A stretch of DNA of 64,000 nucleotides from assembly GCA_964106645.2 (NCBI GenBank), contig OZ067040.1. One strand, given 5' to 3'. Shown here piece by piece: positions 35,601 to 49,010 of this stretch (position 1 is its first letter; the number at the start of each line of letters is the position of its first letter). This DNA is from Podarcis pityusensis. Taxonomy: Eukaryota. A model generated the notes under the pieces. It had not been told where the DNA came from, ran no database searches, and saw only the letters and a list, made by a program, of their open reading frames with translations. A program made the translations under genes and the position numbers.

Positions 35601-38600
35601 CACTATTTGTCAAAATATTTCTAACTTGCTCTATTAGCAGTTGATCTCAGGTTGGAATATACCTGTAAAACAATCAATAAAACAATCCTTGAAATTCAAA
35701 AACCATAAAGCACTAGTTATATTCAACACAAAGTCTAAAATGCTTGATACCAACGAACAGCACAAGCAGGTCAAATACTGAACTACTCTCAAAATGGCCC
35801 AAAAGTCAAAGAAAAAAGTAAGGTTTTAATTTGTGCCAAATTATAGTCATTATCAGTGTCAGGAGGGCGGGGAGTCCATAATTGGAGCACCACAACAGAA
35901 AAGGATCTCTCCTGCATCTCCACATAATGTTCAGCTTCCAGAGGAGGGACACAAAAGAGAGTACCCCATCCAACCTAGCAAATGTTAATTCTCAGGGAGA
36001 AATATATGGAAAGGGGCAACCTTGCAAGTACTGAGGTCCCGAGCCATTTAGCACTCTAAGTGTCATCATTAACACATTGAAAGCAGACAGGAAGCATTTG
36101 GCAGTCAATGTAATTTCTTTATGACCAGCCGTAGATGGATTACCGGTATATGAGAGACTCCCAATGGCAATCTTGCTGCTGGCTTCTGTCCCTTTTATGT
36201 CATCTTCAAGAGCAGCCCCATGTAGAGCACACTGCAGTAATCTGACTGCAAAGTTACAAAAGCAGACACTCAGACTAGACTGCTTCTGTCTAGCAACAGT
36301 CAACTGGCAAGTCAGTCAAAATTTGCCAAAACTGCTCCAAGCCACCAAAGCTCTTAAGCTTTGAGTGGCAAGATTGAATATAGAGTACTCCCAGCCTACA
36401 TTCTTGTTCCTTCAGGATTGCAGTCCCATCCAGACCAAGTTGATCACCTAATTTCTGGAATCAGAACCCACCAATCCACTGAGCCTCCATCTTGTCAGGA
36501 TGCAGTTCCAGTTTACTGGCCCTCATCCAGTCCATAACGGCAGGCATATAGCTGTAGACATCCAGGACTTGAACAACCTCACCTGACTCAGATGTCATGA
36601 AGAAACACAGCTGGGTATCATCAGCATACAGCTCACCATAATCAGCACACCAGCTCCAAAAGTTCCAGTGACCTCTCTCAATGGCTTCATAAAGTTGTTA
36701 AATAGCACAGGGGGCAGAATAGAACCCTGTGGTCTCCCATAGCTTGTCATGGAGCAGAGCAGAAGTTCGTCAATACTACATTATGGAATCTATCCTATAA
36801 GTAGGAATAGAACCATGATAGTACCATGTCCCAAACATCTATCCCACAGAGCTGATATGTGCCATTACAGGCAAAGGTTGAAAGCACCTATAATTGGTTG
36901 GATTCACTGATTCAATCGTCTCATCCACTTCCTCAGAAAACACCAACCAAAGCTGATTCCAAGATACCTGAATAGACAGTACACTGGACAGCTCCACAGA
37001 TATTGCAACTTGACACTATAGTTGGTACAATAGGATACAAGCAACTTTTTCTTCCAAGTGTTTAACAAATTTATCACAGCAAATACCCAGGGATCCAATC
37101 CACTTCCTTCTAAGTCTGACTACAACAGACTCTTTACTACTTAGAACCACTCTGCTGGATAATACTGCAATGGATGAAGCAAAATAAGTCATTTAGACAT
37201 GCCACTGTGCTCAGTCATACTCAATGAGGGATCTCCACCATCAAACCAATCTAATGAGGAAATGGTCTCTCCATAACAACAGTGTTAATGGACAACCATC
37301 TCCCCAAGAGTTTGGATCCCAGCAGAAAAGAGATTCTATCTTGTATCACTGCCTTAGAAGACCAGGGGGCAGGCGTAGAAGAGCTTCTGAAGAGAAGATC
37401 ACTTGGGAGTGGGCAGAGCTCCAGGGTTGTTGTGAGGACCTCTGTGATAAATTTTGCACCATAAAAAATGTTACAGAAATAAACAGCAATATGCTTACAA
37501 TACCATACCATTCTGCAAAAACAATTTCAAACCAGAACTTTAAAAACCATACCAACATGAAAGGGACTCAGCTTAGCATATCACTACATCCTAAGCCACA
37601 CTAGAAGAACAGACTGTAATGCAGATCACTTCAGAGAAGGAAGGTGACTACCTTTTACAAAATACGTATCAAATTCATCAGTCTCAACTAATTTATTTTT
37701 AGAAATCAGCTATTATCATCAGGATCCTCTGAAGAGAATAACTGAAAGCAGCTTATCTAGCCTACCAACACACATTTTTCAGTAAGGTAAGTACCAGCTG
37801 AAGAATACTTTATTTTATTTTTACCCTGAAAGTTTAAAGTGATGTGCCTAAGGGAAACCTACTTTAACTCTATGTACATATTAGTTAAAGCATTTGTTTG
37901 GTTTTTTTTAAATTCAGAATACAACTTCAAAGGAAATACATTACTAAAGCTTATAATATTATGAATAAAACAAACATTGAGAAAATGTTCACTCTGTTCA
38001 TAATACAACTGAGGGTCATTCGATAAAGCTGATTGGCAGTAGGTTCAGGACAAAGGCACTTTTTCACATATCATACAAATGACCCATGGATTCACAAGAT
38101 TTAGTTCTGGGCAGATGTTAAAAATGGTTCACTGTGACTACCAGGTTGACTCTCATTATCATAAGCTGAGGAAAAACAGCTCTGCATTAAAAAGACTTCC
38201 AAGGCTTGTGTTAGGGTCACTCTCCACTCATGTGCCCAGCTGTGACCAAACACAAACCGAGATACACTCAACTGGGACCTTTAACTGCGCACTGCAGGAA
38301 AAGGTTGGTAATGGGAGGCATGCTATCTTCCAGCTGTTTCCCTTTATCACTTATTTCATTGAAGAACTACCCTGGTGTTCTTCAGAAGTCTATAGACATA
38401 GATCTAAAACCACCATTGCAATGGAGCAAATGTACAGTTGATATTCATTTGCAGCAGCATGGGAAAAAGTATTTCCTCAAGGTAGCACTCTGTTGTAAGG
38501 ATATCACATTTCCCTGGCACTTTCAAAACACAAGGTTTTATAAAAACCATTTCCATACAGCTCTATAACAGAAAATGACAGCTGATGAGTGACCTAACTG

Positions 38601-41600
38601 CTGCCTATTCTATGCACTCTCTGTTTTCTGAATTTCTTTTTATGAAAAACTTTCTGTCTTTCTGTTGTTTATGAAAACCGTGTAACTTAGATTTTGAGTG
38701 CTTCCCCCATACTACTCATGGCATACTTATAGGAGGGGGAATGGTGGAATGGCATACTTATAGGAGGGGGAATGGTGAACACGAAAAACCTATCTTTTTC
38801 CTCACACGACCTCACAAAAATGACTAGAAGAAAATTAAACAACTGAATAGGATGAAGTCAGGAAGTTAACAGGGGGGCTGCCTACCAAATCTCTGCTGAG
38901 AGCGCGTTCCACAGAATGGGAATGGCAACACTAAATGTCTGACCCACAGTTGAGACCAGTAAGGCTTCGGAAACATGGGAAACAACTAACAGTACTCGGC
39001 AACCAAGTTGGGAAAGAAGAGTGCAGGTGGTCATTAAGATATCCTGGACCTAACTTGTTCATGGCTTTGCAAATAATAATATGAAGATTAGACATACAAT
39101 TTGAAAAACAATGTACTAATCTATAAAATATTAACAGTATTTCAATACCATAGGAAATAACTTTTATTAACAAAGGCTTTGTGAGTCTTCTTCAAAAGAA
39201 AGGTATAAATTCATTTGTAATAACTTAGCTTCATTGGGGTATATTCAGTGATGGCTCTGCAGTAGCAGAAAGCACTTTTGCAATTCAGGATACCTGGTTT
39301 TCTTTTATTCTCCCTACTTACTGCAGACCCTTGGAGCCCTTTAAAAGCTGCTCATGGTATGGGGGACCTTCAGGTATAATATGAGACATGTTATAGAAAG
39401 CTACAGCAGATACAAGCATTTGGCAAAAAAATTACCTTCCACAAGTGAGAACCAACACTTAACACAAACTGCAGTGTTAATTTGGAATATATAGAATTGT
39501 GATACAAGAATACTTGGGAAAAAGCAAAAAAAGATAACATGATGATCTCACTATGTCCTGAGCACAGTTGACTTCTACAGTCAGAGTACTGGGCTTCTTA
39601 TAAAAAAAATGACAAAAGGAGAAGAACATTATAAGCTAGCTTTAAAAATGAACTAGTATGCTGAAGTCACATTATAAATTGATGACAATCACTTGTTCAG
39701 ACAAGAGTAAGTTCACATTACTATAGAATAACTAGGATTTCAAGAGTGGACCAGTTTCTAAGTTCTATCTTAAAGCCTAATGTTACTAAATAATGGCATT
39801 GCAGCTTACTAGACAGATGATCTTTTGCAATATATGGTGCTGGAACTTCAAACGTACCTGAGGTTTCAAAAACACTTTTTTTCACATAGAGAATCCCAGG
39901 ATGAATCTCTGGTCTCTTCAGTTAAAAGGGATTGGGAGCAGCAGGTAATGTTAAAGACTATCAATCTGAAACTCTGGAGAGAGACTGCCAGTCAGAGTAG
40001 ACAATACTAGGCTAGACAAAGAAATAGTCTAACCTGGTATAAGGCAGACTACCAACATTTATTTTGAGCACAGTCCTATTAGAAACAGAGTTGAAAACTT
40101 ATCAGGTTAACAGGGTTAAAATGGCACCAACATTAGAGTCTATTTTGTATTGTTTTTGTTTTGCTTTATATATGTCTGCCTTGTGTTTTCATTGTACATC
40201 ACCTTGAAACAATTGTATAGAAAGTGATTAATAAACTGATGATGATAAGAAGAACATTAACCCCAATATTTGAAACTATTAATATAAGGATGGGGAACAT
40301 TTTTTTGGCCACATTCCCTCTTGCCAATTTTCTGAGGGCCAAGACAAATGTGGGCATGTACCACACATGCAGACTTTCACTCTTCACATCCCAAGCATCT
40401 GCCTTGGAAACTGCAGCTCCATAAAGCCTCCTCATGCAGCTCAAAAAGAGCCTCCTCATACATGACTGCCTATAGAAGGCTTTGTTCTATCCCAAGGGTG
40501 GCCAATCCCAAGAGACTGTGATCTAATCACAGAGACTGGCAGTGATCTACCCCCTGGGGGTTCAGGTCAAAGTTGTTGAGCTTTTTTTTTTTAAAGGAGG
40601 AAGAAAGCCTTGGGTTTTTTTTGGGGGGGGGGGAGAGATCTGCCTGTTGGACCCTGTTGGACGTGCCTGTTCAATCCTAATTGCTGTAGGGGGGAGGGAA
40701 TGCTGCAGGCATGATCAGGAGGAGGAGCTGACCACATCCAGTCCATGGGCTCCCTGTTCTTCATCCTATTTATTAAGATATGAACTTCATTATATGTGTC
40801 CTGTAAACAATTCTGAATCCTATATCTGCTTATAAGTCCTTAAACATAACTGAATAAGAATTAGTGAGTGGGAAAATTAGAGCGAGAAATGGGAAGGAGT
40901 CTACTGTACTGTGGCCCAGCTCCAACACCTTAATCTTAGTTAATGATCATCTAAATCTCTGCAGCCCTAACTTATTTTGTCTGTCCTCTAAAGAGATCTA
41001 GAAGACTTATTTTGGTGAAATATGAAGATTTTCTACCTGAAGAAATAAAACAGACTACCAATGTTTCTTATGGACATGGTCCTATTCTGGATGAAATTTT
41101 CTGCACCATAGTAAAATCCTGGAATTGTGTGTTATTCAGACTTAACCTATACAGCATTGCTCTACAACTGTTACTGAATGATAATAATCACGACACAAGA
41201 TCTACCCACTCTGGAAGAATGGTAGATGAAGGTGATTGACTACATGGAACTGGCGGAAATGACTGGCAGAATCCGAGACCAGGGAGAAGAGTCGGTGAAA
41301 GAAGACTGGAAGAAATTTAAAGACTATTTACAGAAATATTGTAAAATTAAGGAATCTTAGAAGGATGTTGGATAGAAACTAAGAGCTTTTTAGCTGTAAT
41401 GCTTTAAGAGATATGAAAAAAGGCTTACAATTGGGCAAAAGTTTAATGGTAAGGATTTGCTGAACTAACAAACTGAACTGGAATACAAAAAAGGGAGGTA
41501 TGAGGAGGTCCGGGGAAATAAGTCTAGAGAAGATAGGTCTGGAAAATTAATGTCTTTTTAACTGTTTTATTTTGTATGTTTCTTTTTTATCCTTTACTTT

Positions 41601-43368
41601 TTTGTTATATTTTTTAAAAATTTACTCTTTTTTCTGTATTTTGAATTTCCTCTATTTTTTGTAACTTTAATAAATATCATTTTAAAAAAATGAATGATAA
41701 TAATCAGACTGATACATTTTATTCTAATATGCTCATACCCATGCCTGCTACTACTTGCTATCGTATGTACTTAATTTTTTGCATGTTGTTTGTAGCCACT
41801 GTCTTGTCCATAATAGTACTTATAATTTGGATTTAGCAGCCCAATACTATAAAGTTGTGAGAGATAGTTATTTGTTCCATCTAACAAAATATAATATTTC
41901 TTCCATAGCATACTGCAATTACTGTAATAATACAGGCTTAATTATCAATGTAAATCAATGAATAAATTGTAACAACAGCTCCTGAAAAAAGATGGAAACA
42001 AGTTTATAACAAAATGCTTATTTTGTCATGTTATGATACAGACTACATTTGCACTATGTATTTTTCTCAATACGACTGCTTACACCATATTGGCCTGGGC
42101 TTATGAGATTTTGAATTTAACAGTGTCTGGTGGGCCACAGGCTCCCAGCCCTGCCCTACACCTTGATTTTTGCAGTGTGCTCACATAGACTTGTGACTTA
42201 AGTATTTCCTTGTCCCTGCTCTGTCCACATTTCATGCCAAAAAAATATAATATTGAATCCTACACTCTAACAGCAAAGTATAAAATTTGAGAGCTGGTGC
42301 ATTTGAAAAAGAGACAATGTGTTTGAGAGAAGACAGGCATAAGTAATTTCTAATTCTGGGTTGGAATTAAAGTGGGTCACAGGTCTGGAAAAAATGAAGA
42401 CCACTCTGATACAGAGCATGTATATACAGATTCAAAGCATGCTCTACCACTGAGCCAGTGAGGTCATGGGTCATGTTTGAATCTCACATTAGCATGTAAC
42501 ATACACATTTAAAAGTTCGAAATCCAAAGAGACTCCAAATCTGGAAAACTACATAAAACACCATTTTTATTAGATATTTGATTTCTGAAAGCTTATACTT
42601 ATCAGAAGCTGGGCTTTCAGCACATTGTTTCTGCCACACCCCCTAACATTACCTCCTACTACACTGAGCTTAATTTTTAGCCAGTCACCGAAACCGTAAT
42701 AACTTTTGCCTACAAGGAAGAGCCATAGACGAACATCCTTGCTCCCTCCTTGACGGCAAGGTTTCCAAGTCTCTACCGCAAGGCCAAGACGCTATGCACG
42801 AGTTGATGGAGGCGCCTGTGTCCTCACAGTATGGGGCAGGTGACACTGCTTTGCCTTGGAAGTTGGGGGAGGGGGGTTCGCCATTTATTCCCATTTCAGA
42901 GATAGGAAACTGAGGGTGTGGCCATGATTTGCTTCCTCCAAGTGCCTCTGAAGGGGGAACGAGAGAAGGGAAACCCGAGCGTCCCGTTCCCCGCAAGAGA
43001 GCCCACAGCGGGCGGGAGGGCAGCTATTCTCTCCCGCTCCACAAATTCACCTCGAGCTTGTGGTTGATCTGGTAGACGGTTTGCGCTTTGTGGCAGAGCT
43101 GCGCGAAGCAGGAGCTGAGGCTGGTCATCTTCTGCCTCCCCTCGTAGGTGATGTCCGCCTGGTCGGGGTCGATCTCGCCTAGCAGCAAGTCCACGTCCAC
43201 GAACGCCTTGTCGAACTCCTTCTCCAGGACCTCCAGCCAGCGGAACATCGACAGGCCGCCGCCTCCACCGGGAGACGACGACGACGAGGAGGCCGCCGCC
43301 CCCGCCCCGCCGCCGCCACAGGCCCCTGAGCCCGACCCCCCGCAGGAGCCCACTCCCACGCCAGACAT
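23503..43368 (-). CDS. GOPC: GOPC (Golgi-associated PDZ and coiled-coil protein, PIST/CAL/FIG), complete: 459 aa, or 467 aa with the microexon. Exons 43051-43368, 32866-33030, [30782-30805], 29044-29219, 27940-28105, 26086-26181, 25556-25720, 24402-24582, 23503-23615
   Basis: [30 protein letters not shown], coiled coils, PDZ domain ([49 protein letters not shown]), acidic [14 protein letters not shown]. All junctions are GT/AG and frame-consistent. Confidence 0.97.
24402..24582 (-). CDS. GOPC: GOPC exon, end of PDZ domain and acidic cluster
   Basis: [43 protein letters not shown]...KQLQ. Confidence 0.95.
25181..25374 (-). mobile_element. tRNA-derived SINE with CR1-like tail (Squam2-like)
   Basis: Minus strand gctcagtagtggagc...aggtcctaggttcagtcc head; tail ending ggcagcttcctatg. 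Confidence 0.55.
25556..25720 (-). CDS. GOPC: GOPC exon, PDZ domain
   Basis: [55 protein letters not shown]; 165 nt. Confidence 0.95.
26086..26181 (-). CDS. GOPC: GOPC exon, start of PDZ domain
   Basis: [32 protein letters not shown]; 96 nt. Confidence 0.94.
27228..27430. mobile_element. Decayed Tc1/mariner MITE
   Basis: TA|CAGTTGTACCTTGG ... CCAAGGTACGAC imperfect TIRs. Confidence 0.6.
27533..27773 (-). mobile_element. Tc1/mariner MITE, family A, opposite orientation
   Basis: TA|CAGTGGTGCCTC...GAGGTACCACTG|TA; internal sequence is the reverse complement of the 18411 copy. Confidence 0.85.
27940..28105 (-). CDS. GOPC: GOPC exon
   Basis: [56 protein letters not shown]; |gtaagc donor. Confidence 0.95.
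29044..29219 (-). CDS. GOPC: GOPC exon, coiled coil 2
   Basis: [58 protein letters not shown]. Confidence 0.94.
30782..30805 (-). CDS. GOPC: GOPC 24-nt alternative microexon (SAPSVEDM; nPIST-type insert)
   Basis: Minus strand reads ctttttttctctcatcctaag|TCTGCCCCTTCTGTGGAGGATATG|gtaagt; frame-preserving; resembles the recalled 8-aa insert of the long mammalian GOPC isoform (SGPSVEEL). Confidence 0.88.
32866..33030 (-). CDS. GOPC: GOPC coding exon 2
   Basis: [12 protein letters not shown]...SGTIKAKL; 165 nt; ccag| acceptor, |gtgagt donor. Confidence 0.95.
33792..33927. mobile_element. hAT-type MITE with an 8-bp TSD
   Basis: CAGGCTTCCTCAAATTCGGCCCTCCAGATG...CATCTGGAGGGCCGAGTTTGAGGAAGCCTG palindrome, flanked by GTCTACAG / GTCTACAA. 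Confidence 0.85.
33943..34280. mobile_element. Tc1/mariner MITE, family B
   Basis: TA|CAGTGGTGCCTCGCAAGACGAA...TTCGTCTTGTGGGGCACCACTG|TA; internal TTAGCGG repeats. Confidence 0.85.
35055..35355 (+). mobile_element. BovB (RTE-clade) LINE 3' end
   Basis: [43 protein letters not shown]...RWLDG...[12 protein letters not shown], followed by a (CAA)-type tail. Confidence 0.9.
35790..36900 (-). mobile_element. Decayed L2/CR1-clade LINE, RT region
   Basis: Minus-strand [11 protein letters not shown] (about 36700-36733) and YADDTQL (about 36608-36628); boundaries approximate. Confidence 0.75.
41191..41690 (+). mobile_element. 5'-truncated L1-type LINE (ORF2 C-terminus, 3'UTR, A tail) with a 16-bp TSD
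   Basis: TGAATGATAATAATCA at 41175-41190 and 41691-41706; residual coding ...[13 protein letters not shown]...[12 protein letters not shown]; AATAAA and A-run at the 3' end. Confidence 0.8.
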
Positions 43369-44100
43369 TGTGACCGCTCGGCGGGAGACGCCTCCGCTCT
43401 TCCAACGAGCCCTGCCGCGCTAGCGCACCGGCGCCCTCAGCCGACCCGACCTAACCCTCGCCGGCGCCCGCGGGACGGCCCCCTCCTCCCCTCGGTGCCC
43501 GCGAGGCGAGGCGGGACAGGGAAGCGTCGGCCTGAGCTCGAGAGCGGCGAGGGCGGAGCAGCGGCTAAGGGAGAACGGGGGGGGGGGGCGGCGCATGCGC
43601 GCTAGGTGCGACTTCGCTTCTGTCACCCGGTAGGGCAACGCAGGAAAACCGCTGCCGAGCAGATCGGCGCTCGGCTTCTTCGGCCTGCCACAACGGAGGC
43701 TTCTTCGGCAGTCAGGTCGGTCGGGCCGAGATTCCCCACAAATCGTCGATCGACGGGCGCTGCTGCTGCTGCTCTCTGCCAGAGGGGGCGCTGCGGCGCA
43801 GCTCTACTTCGAGGACGGCGCGAGTTCAGCAGCCGGGCTTTCGGTCTGGTTCTCATTCGCTTAAAGACGTGAGAAAATCCTTCCTGGATCTTCCTCGACA
43901 GGCCGGTCTAGCCCAGCGTCTTGTTTCCCACAGCGGCCGGCAATAGCGACGGGCTTATTGGTCCGTCGGGAGCTCGCATTGACGTTAGGAAGCCGCGCGG
44001 GAGAGAGCGCGAGGCGACGGGGAGGTTTCCTGAGTCCGTTTCTGAGCGTTGCCATACTTCTCCCAGAAGCTGTGGCTGAGCAAGAGGGTCTTAATTGGGG
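42700..44100. promoter_or_regulatory. CpG island / GOPC promoter with a palindromic NRF1-type site (GCGCATGCGC, 43591-43600) and an adjacent G-run
   Basis: Very high GC and CpG density around GOPC exon 1; motif read directly. Confidence 0.85.
43051..43368 (-). CDS. GOPC: GOPC coding exon 1
   Basis: ATG in acaATG context, Gly/Ser-rich N-terminus then [12 protein letters not shown]...NHKLE; donor |gtgaat. Confidence 0.95.
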
Positions 44101-45879
44101 GTGGGGTAGCCTTTTTTTATTACTAGGAACATCTACCACCCACAACAAAGGGCTTGGAATTAAGAACAAGGTGCCTTTTTCTGAGCACATTCTGAGCCCA
44201 GGCACTTGTTTCCAGTGCTAGCACTTAACTTGAGGTCTTAACTGAGCTCTTGTGCTCAAAAGTCCATGCCAGGTTAGGTTTTTGTTTTAGTGAGGAAAGG
44301 AAGTTTGGATGCTGGAAGTCAGAGACCCTTCCCGATCTACTGCGATCAGCTGGATCTATCTACTGCCCCCACTACTCGAGCTCTACACAAGTGCAAGCAC
44401 TGAAGGCGGGATCGGAAGGAAACACTGCATATTCCCGGGTAAAAAAAAAACCAAGGCTTTTTTGGCCCTAGAAAGCTCAACGTATGAACTGTTGCAGCAT
44501 ACAAGAAACATAAAAAAAAAATGGCATTGTACGATAGTGTGAAAAAAACCAGTCCCTTACCTGAGGCTTACATTCTAAATGATTAGCGTGGAAAGTTCCC
44601 TAAATACCTCATAGGCTTGAATAAGGCTTGAAATCCTTTCCATTTGTTGTGTTCAGAGTCACAGTGAATTCGCAGTTTACTAGCCTGTCCCCTAATAGAC
44701 CATCCAAACTTACTTCCATTTGTGCAGGGAGTAACACAGTACTTAAGAAGTGGGATACAAACAAACCTGTTAGCATATCTGCTGTGTGGTAATCACATTT
44801 TCCTTCTACTTGGGCGAATATATTGTGTTATGGGGGAGCAGAATTGCTTTCCTCCCACCTATCCTCCAAGAATATAACTTGGACAGGTGTGCTAGCATCA
44901 CATATCCTAAAACACTTATTTAAAAATTCCTCCTCTCCACCCATCTGATTTTTACAAACTTGGAAGATTTTTTAAAAGCTTATTTGAAGACTCAGCATGT
45001 CTAAGAACAGGAGTTTAGTCATTTAAATAAATGGCAAGAACCAGCAGTGATACTTTCTGTACTGCAATACCCTATAATTTTGGGAATAATTTTGTTTGAT
45101 CCCTTAAAAAAACAAAACAATAATTAGGCTGCTAAGGATTCCTTCCCTCCACCACTGTGCTGCTTTGTTTGAATACAATGTAACTGCAAAGAGGAATCTT
45201 AGCACCTCCAACATGTCTGACCAAATTCGGTGTTATTGGCTCTGGATGGAGCTAGCATAATAGTCCAGTCATGCGCATGTGTACTCAAAGGCAAATCCCA
45301 CTATATCAGTGAGGCCATGTGTCCATATGATTGCATAAATGAAATAAATGGGAAGGCTTTTAAAATTTCTGGAAGGCCTCTATCCCTTTGCTGGTTGGAA
45401 GGACCATGGAAAGTAGCAGCTTCCTTTGAATTTTCAGAATGACTTTGTGTATCGAGGGGTGCAGCATTTGCTCTTGATAAGACAGCAAACTCTTTTTCAT
45501 CAAGAGGCATAGGTAGAAACAGTACAACAAACATTGTCCTGTCATAAAGATTATTATCACTGACAGGTGTGGTTCATTCAAATACCAGAATCCAAGGACA
45601 AATCCCTGTTCAAGTTTGTTTGTTTTTAAGCGGGGGACATACTGTCCATTGAACTTCTTATTTACGTTGAACTTCTTATTTACGTAACACCTTTTTTGAT
45701 CCTGCCTTCCTAATTAAATTGTCCAATATGTCTTACATCCGTAAAACAATAACTTGTAAAACCATCCACATCAAGTAAACCAGCAAACACAAACAAGGAA
45801 AGTGCAAGAATATAAAGTGAAGGTTCACGTGGTGCATGCAGGAGAGCAGAGTAGGTGCACCACAATAATGTATGGATTG

Positions 45880-47400
45880 CAATGTTAAGAACTGGAAATG
45901 TTTGGTGAAAGAAATAAATCACATAATCATTGTGGGTAGAAATAGCCAGCCAAAAAAAGCAATATAGGAGGAAGGAAATAGCACCACCTCTACTCAAATT
46001 CTGATGCTTATCTTGAGGTAAAGAAATTAGAGTTAGTTGAAGAGAAAAAAGGTAATAATGAGTGGCCTCAATTATCCTCACATTAACTGGTACATTTCAA
46101 GATGTAATAAATTAGTCAAAGAGCCTACAGGAGAGGAGGTGAGTACGTATTTAATATTGAGTGGTAGCCTGAATCTGATTAGCACTTTATTTGTTGCTGA
46201 ATGGTATATATGGAAACCACCTTAAGGAGCTTGAAGTCACATTCATTTTAGACAAGGAAACTTGACAAAGCCTAGGGCATTATTTTAAAACCAAGTTATA
46301 GGCGAGAGTCCCTTCAGGAAATTTGGAGCATGTATATGGGCTCATGAGAATGCCATTGTAGTTAAGGAAGAGCAGTGCTGAGGAAACCACACAAGACAAA
46401 AAGGCTTGCATTCAAAAGTCTTGCTCCAATGGGAAAAATAAAAAAGAACAAAACAAATATAAAACTATTAGGCAGGTAAATAAAGTATTCAAGGAGTAAA
46501 TGCCTAAATACATAAAAACAACAGTTTCTTTAAATGCAACAAGAACAAGAAATCAGTGAGACAAATGGGACCTTTACAGACCAATCTTGAATTACATTGC
46601 CAGCTGTGTTGGCAGGGGCAGGAAGAAATACACTGCCTGTATACTGGTGGAACAATTACTGTATTCTAGTCACACGTGCCAAGGAGGAGAGGGGCAAACA
46701 TAGGACTCAGAAAATTCCAAAATGGCATAAAAACAGCATCCAGGGAAATGTTGTCACAGTGCTGCCAATGATGCCCACATGCTGACCACACAGGAAGGGA
46801 ACCAATGAATTCATGATGGGCATGAATTCATTATACCCCCGGCACACACCCCTGGAACAAAATGCTCAAAATGACACCATATGAGCCCTGGTGGCATGGC
46901 CAGCAACCATCTCAATAAAAACTCCAGCAATAATAACAGATGGACCCTGCTTGATCAGGCCAAAGGCCTGTCTAGTCCATTATTTGGTTCTTACAGTGGC
47001 CAACCAGATGCCTCTGGGAAACCCATAACTTGAGCGCAACAGCCCCCTTCCTACTTGTGATTGCCAGCAACTGGTATTCAGATGCATGCTGTCTCCACCA
47101 GTGGACACAGAATATGGCCATCATGGCTAGTAGCCATTGATAACTTTATTCTTCATGGATTTATTTACTCGTTTAAAGCCATCTAAGTTTTTGGCCATCA
47201 CTACCTGTTGAAGGAATAAATTTCAATGTTTGCTTATGCACTATGTGAAGAAATACTTTATTTTGTCCTGAATCTTCTAACATTCAGCTTAATTTGTTAT
47301 GCCATCTAGGCATAATTTTATATGTCTTTGTCATGTCCCCTCCTGGTTGCCTTCTGGTTGCCCTCCTGGTTGTCCCAAATATTGTAACCATTCTGATTTC
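45880..47400. mobile_element. Decayed CR1-like fragments
   Basis: KVIMSGLNYPHINW resembles the CR1 endonuclease motif VMGDFNYPDI; CR1-like 3' sequence near 46940-47300; boundaries approximate. Confidence 0.45.
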
Positions 47401-48315
47401 TCCTTCCTTTCTGATTTCTCCTTTCTGCAATAATGCAGCACCTTACTAATGCCAGTCTTCCTTACGCTCCTCACAAGCACCATTTTGGAGCATAGTATAC
47501 AAGGGGCTGTGACTCACTGGGGGAGGAAAAGACTTTTCCAAGGCCACATCAATAGCAGCTGCACACACAGAATAGCAATAGCTCTCTTTTGCTTAGGGCA
47601 GTTGACAAACAGAAAGCAGAGGGATGGTGACAGCATACTCCCACTGAACGTTTACAAGCCCTGGCCCAAAAAAAGAGTGTTAGGAGCAAAAGAGAGGGAG
47701 TTTCCTGGACTCAGCAAACATGGCAGAGTGTGGGTTTTTACTGCTTCTCCACAGCTGCACACAGGAATAAAAATATTTCAAGGCATTTGTAGCCCACCAG
47801 CCCCAAGAACCAGTGAACAATGCCAAGAAATGGGCTGGAGAAGGAGCCCTCATCTGGTTGAACATCTTATGCTTTACATAACAGGAGATTGTGCTTTAAA
47901 TCCAGAGTGCAGCCCCACAGTAGGAAAAGTAGGACAAGTGCACTCACACCTGCCTATATGAAGGGGCATATAAAATAATTTTATGCACAAATACAGTGAT
48001 CACTCCGACTTTGGGTTTGAAAGCAAAGAGCTCGTGCAGACTATTGAACGGTGTTAGACCTGGATAGAGAAGACCTGAATTCTTACAGATGTAGATGTGA
48101 TTATGAGGAATTATTCATTCATTAATTTTTTTTGCCTCCAGCTGTAAAGAGTACAGGAGTTCTGGGTGAGTGAGAGGTGAAATGGGAACGCAATCCACAG
48201 ATGAAAAGCAGAGGATAGTAAATCAGCCTTCCATCATTACAGATTTTCAGTAACTAAATCCTAGGAAAACAAAAGATACACAAGTTCTTCAAGTGACATT
48301 TTTGCACCAGACAAC

Positions 48316-48351
48316 GTTGTTGTTGTTGTTGTTGCTGCTGCTGCTGTTGTT
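48316..48351. repeat. Compound microsatellite (GTT)n(GCT)n
   Basis: Read directly. Confidence 0.9.
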
Positions 48352-48639
48352 TATGAATTTTGTATGTCCCTCTTCATCTGAAGATCACAGGGCGGTTTAC
48401 AACATATATATTTTAAAATAACTCAAAATAAATGTTGTCAATAACAATCATTGAATTATGTAAAATATAGAAATCTATGTAAAATATAGTATATTTTAAA
48501 AACAAAGTAAACTGGCTTGATTCCTCTGGATCAATCATGCAACTATGTTTGTGTGTCGGGATGAAAGAGGAGCTTCAGGGTCTTTTTCCTGATGCTTTTA
48601 ATACGGGGTCATTGAAAATCCAAAAATGTTATAGCCCAC

Positions 48640-48677
48640 TATAAAACAGCTCTTTATCTTTTCTCCCAACTCATTCT
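48640..48677 (+). promoter_or_regulatory. Candidate NEPN TATA box (TATAAAA, 48640-48646) and Inr (TCATTCT, 48671-48677)
   Basis: Canonical motifs at about 30-nt spacing, ~340 nt upstream of the NEPN ATG. A second TATAAAA at 47969 is an alternative. Confidence 0.35.
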
Positions 48678-49010
48678 GTGGTGTCACACTTAACCAAACT
48701 AGGAAACTACAGATAACAGAAGTGTTTGCAGATTAGGCAACAGCCAATAAATAAGATCAATTTCCATGCCAGAATAAAGATTCCTTATCATTGTTTAAAC
48801 CTTTTGCTCTTTTGTGATGCCTGTGAATATTTTAACCCAAGGAAGTTAAGAGATTGTCTTTTCTGTTCCCTCTCTTTTAAACAAAAGTAAAACACGCATC
48901 TGTATTATCTTTTTATCAGGTGTTACCGTATAAAAGAACACATGGCACTTAAATTCATGGTGCAGCTCACATTTAAGCTGGTGCTGCTCAGGAAGGTGCT
49001 ATTTAGGAAA

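Noticed and set aside
42896-44221. Multiple 70-170 aa ORFs on both strands around GOPC exon 1
   Set aside because: CpG-island artefacts; only the 43368-43051 frame matches GOPC
47449-47961. 170-aa ORF upstream of NEPN
   Set aside because: No recognisable motif or splice context; likely chance
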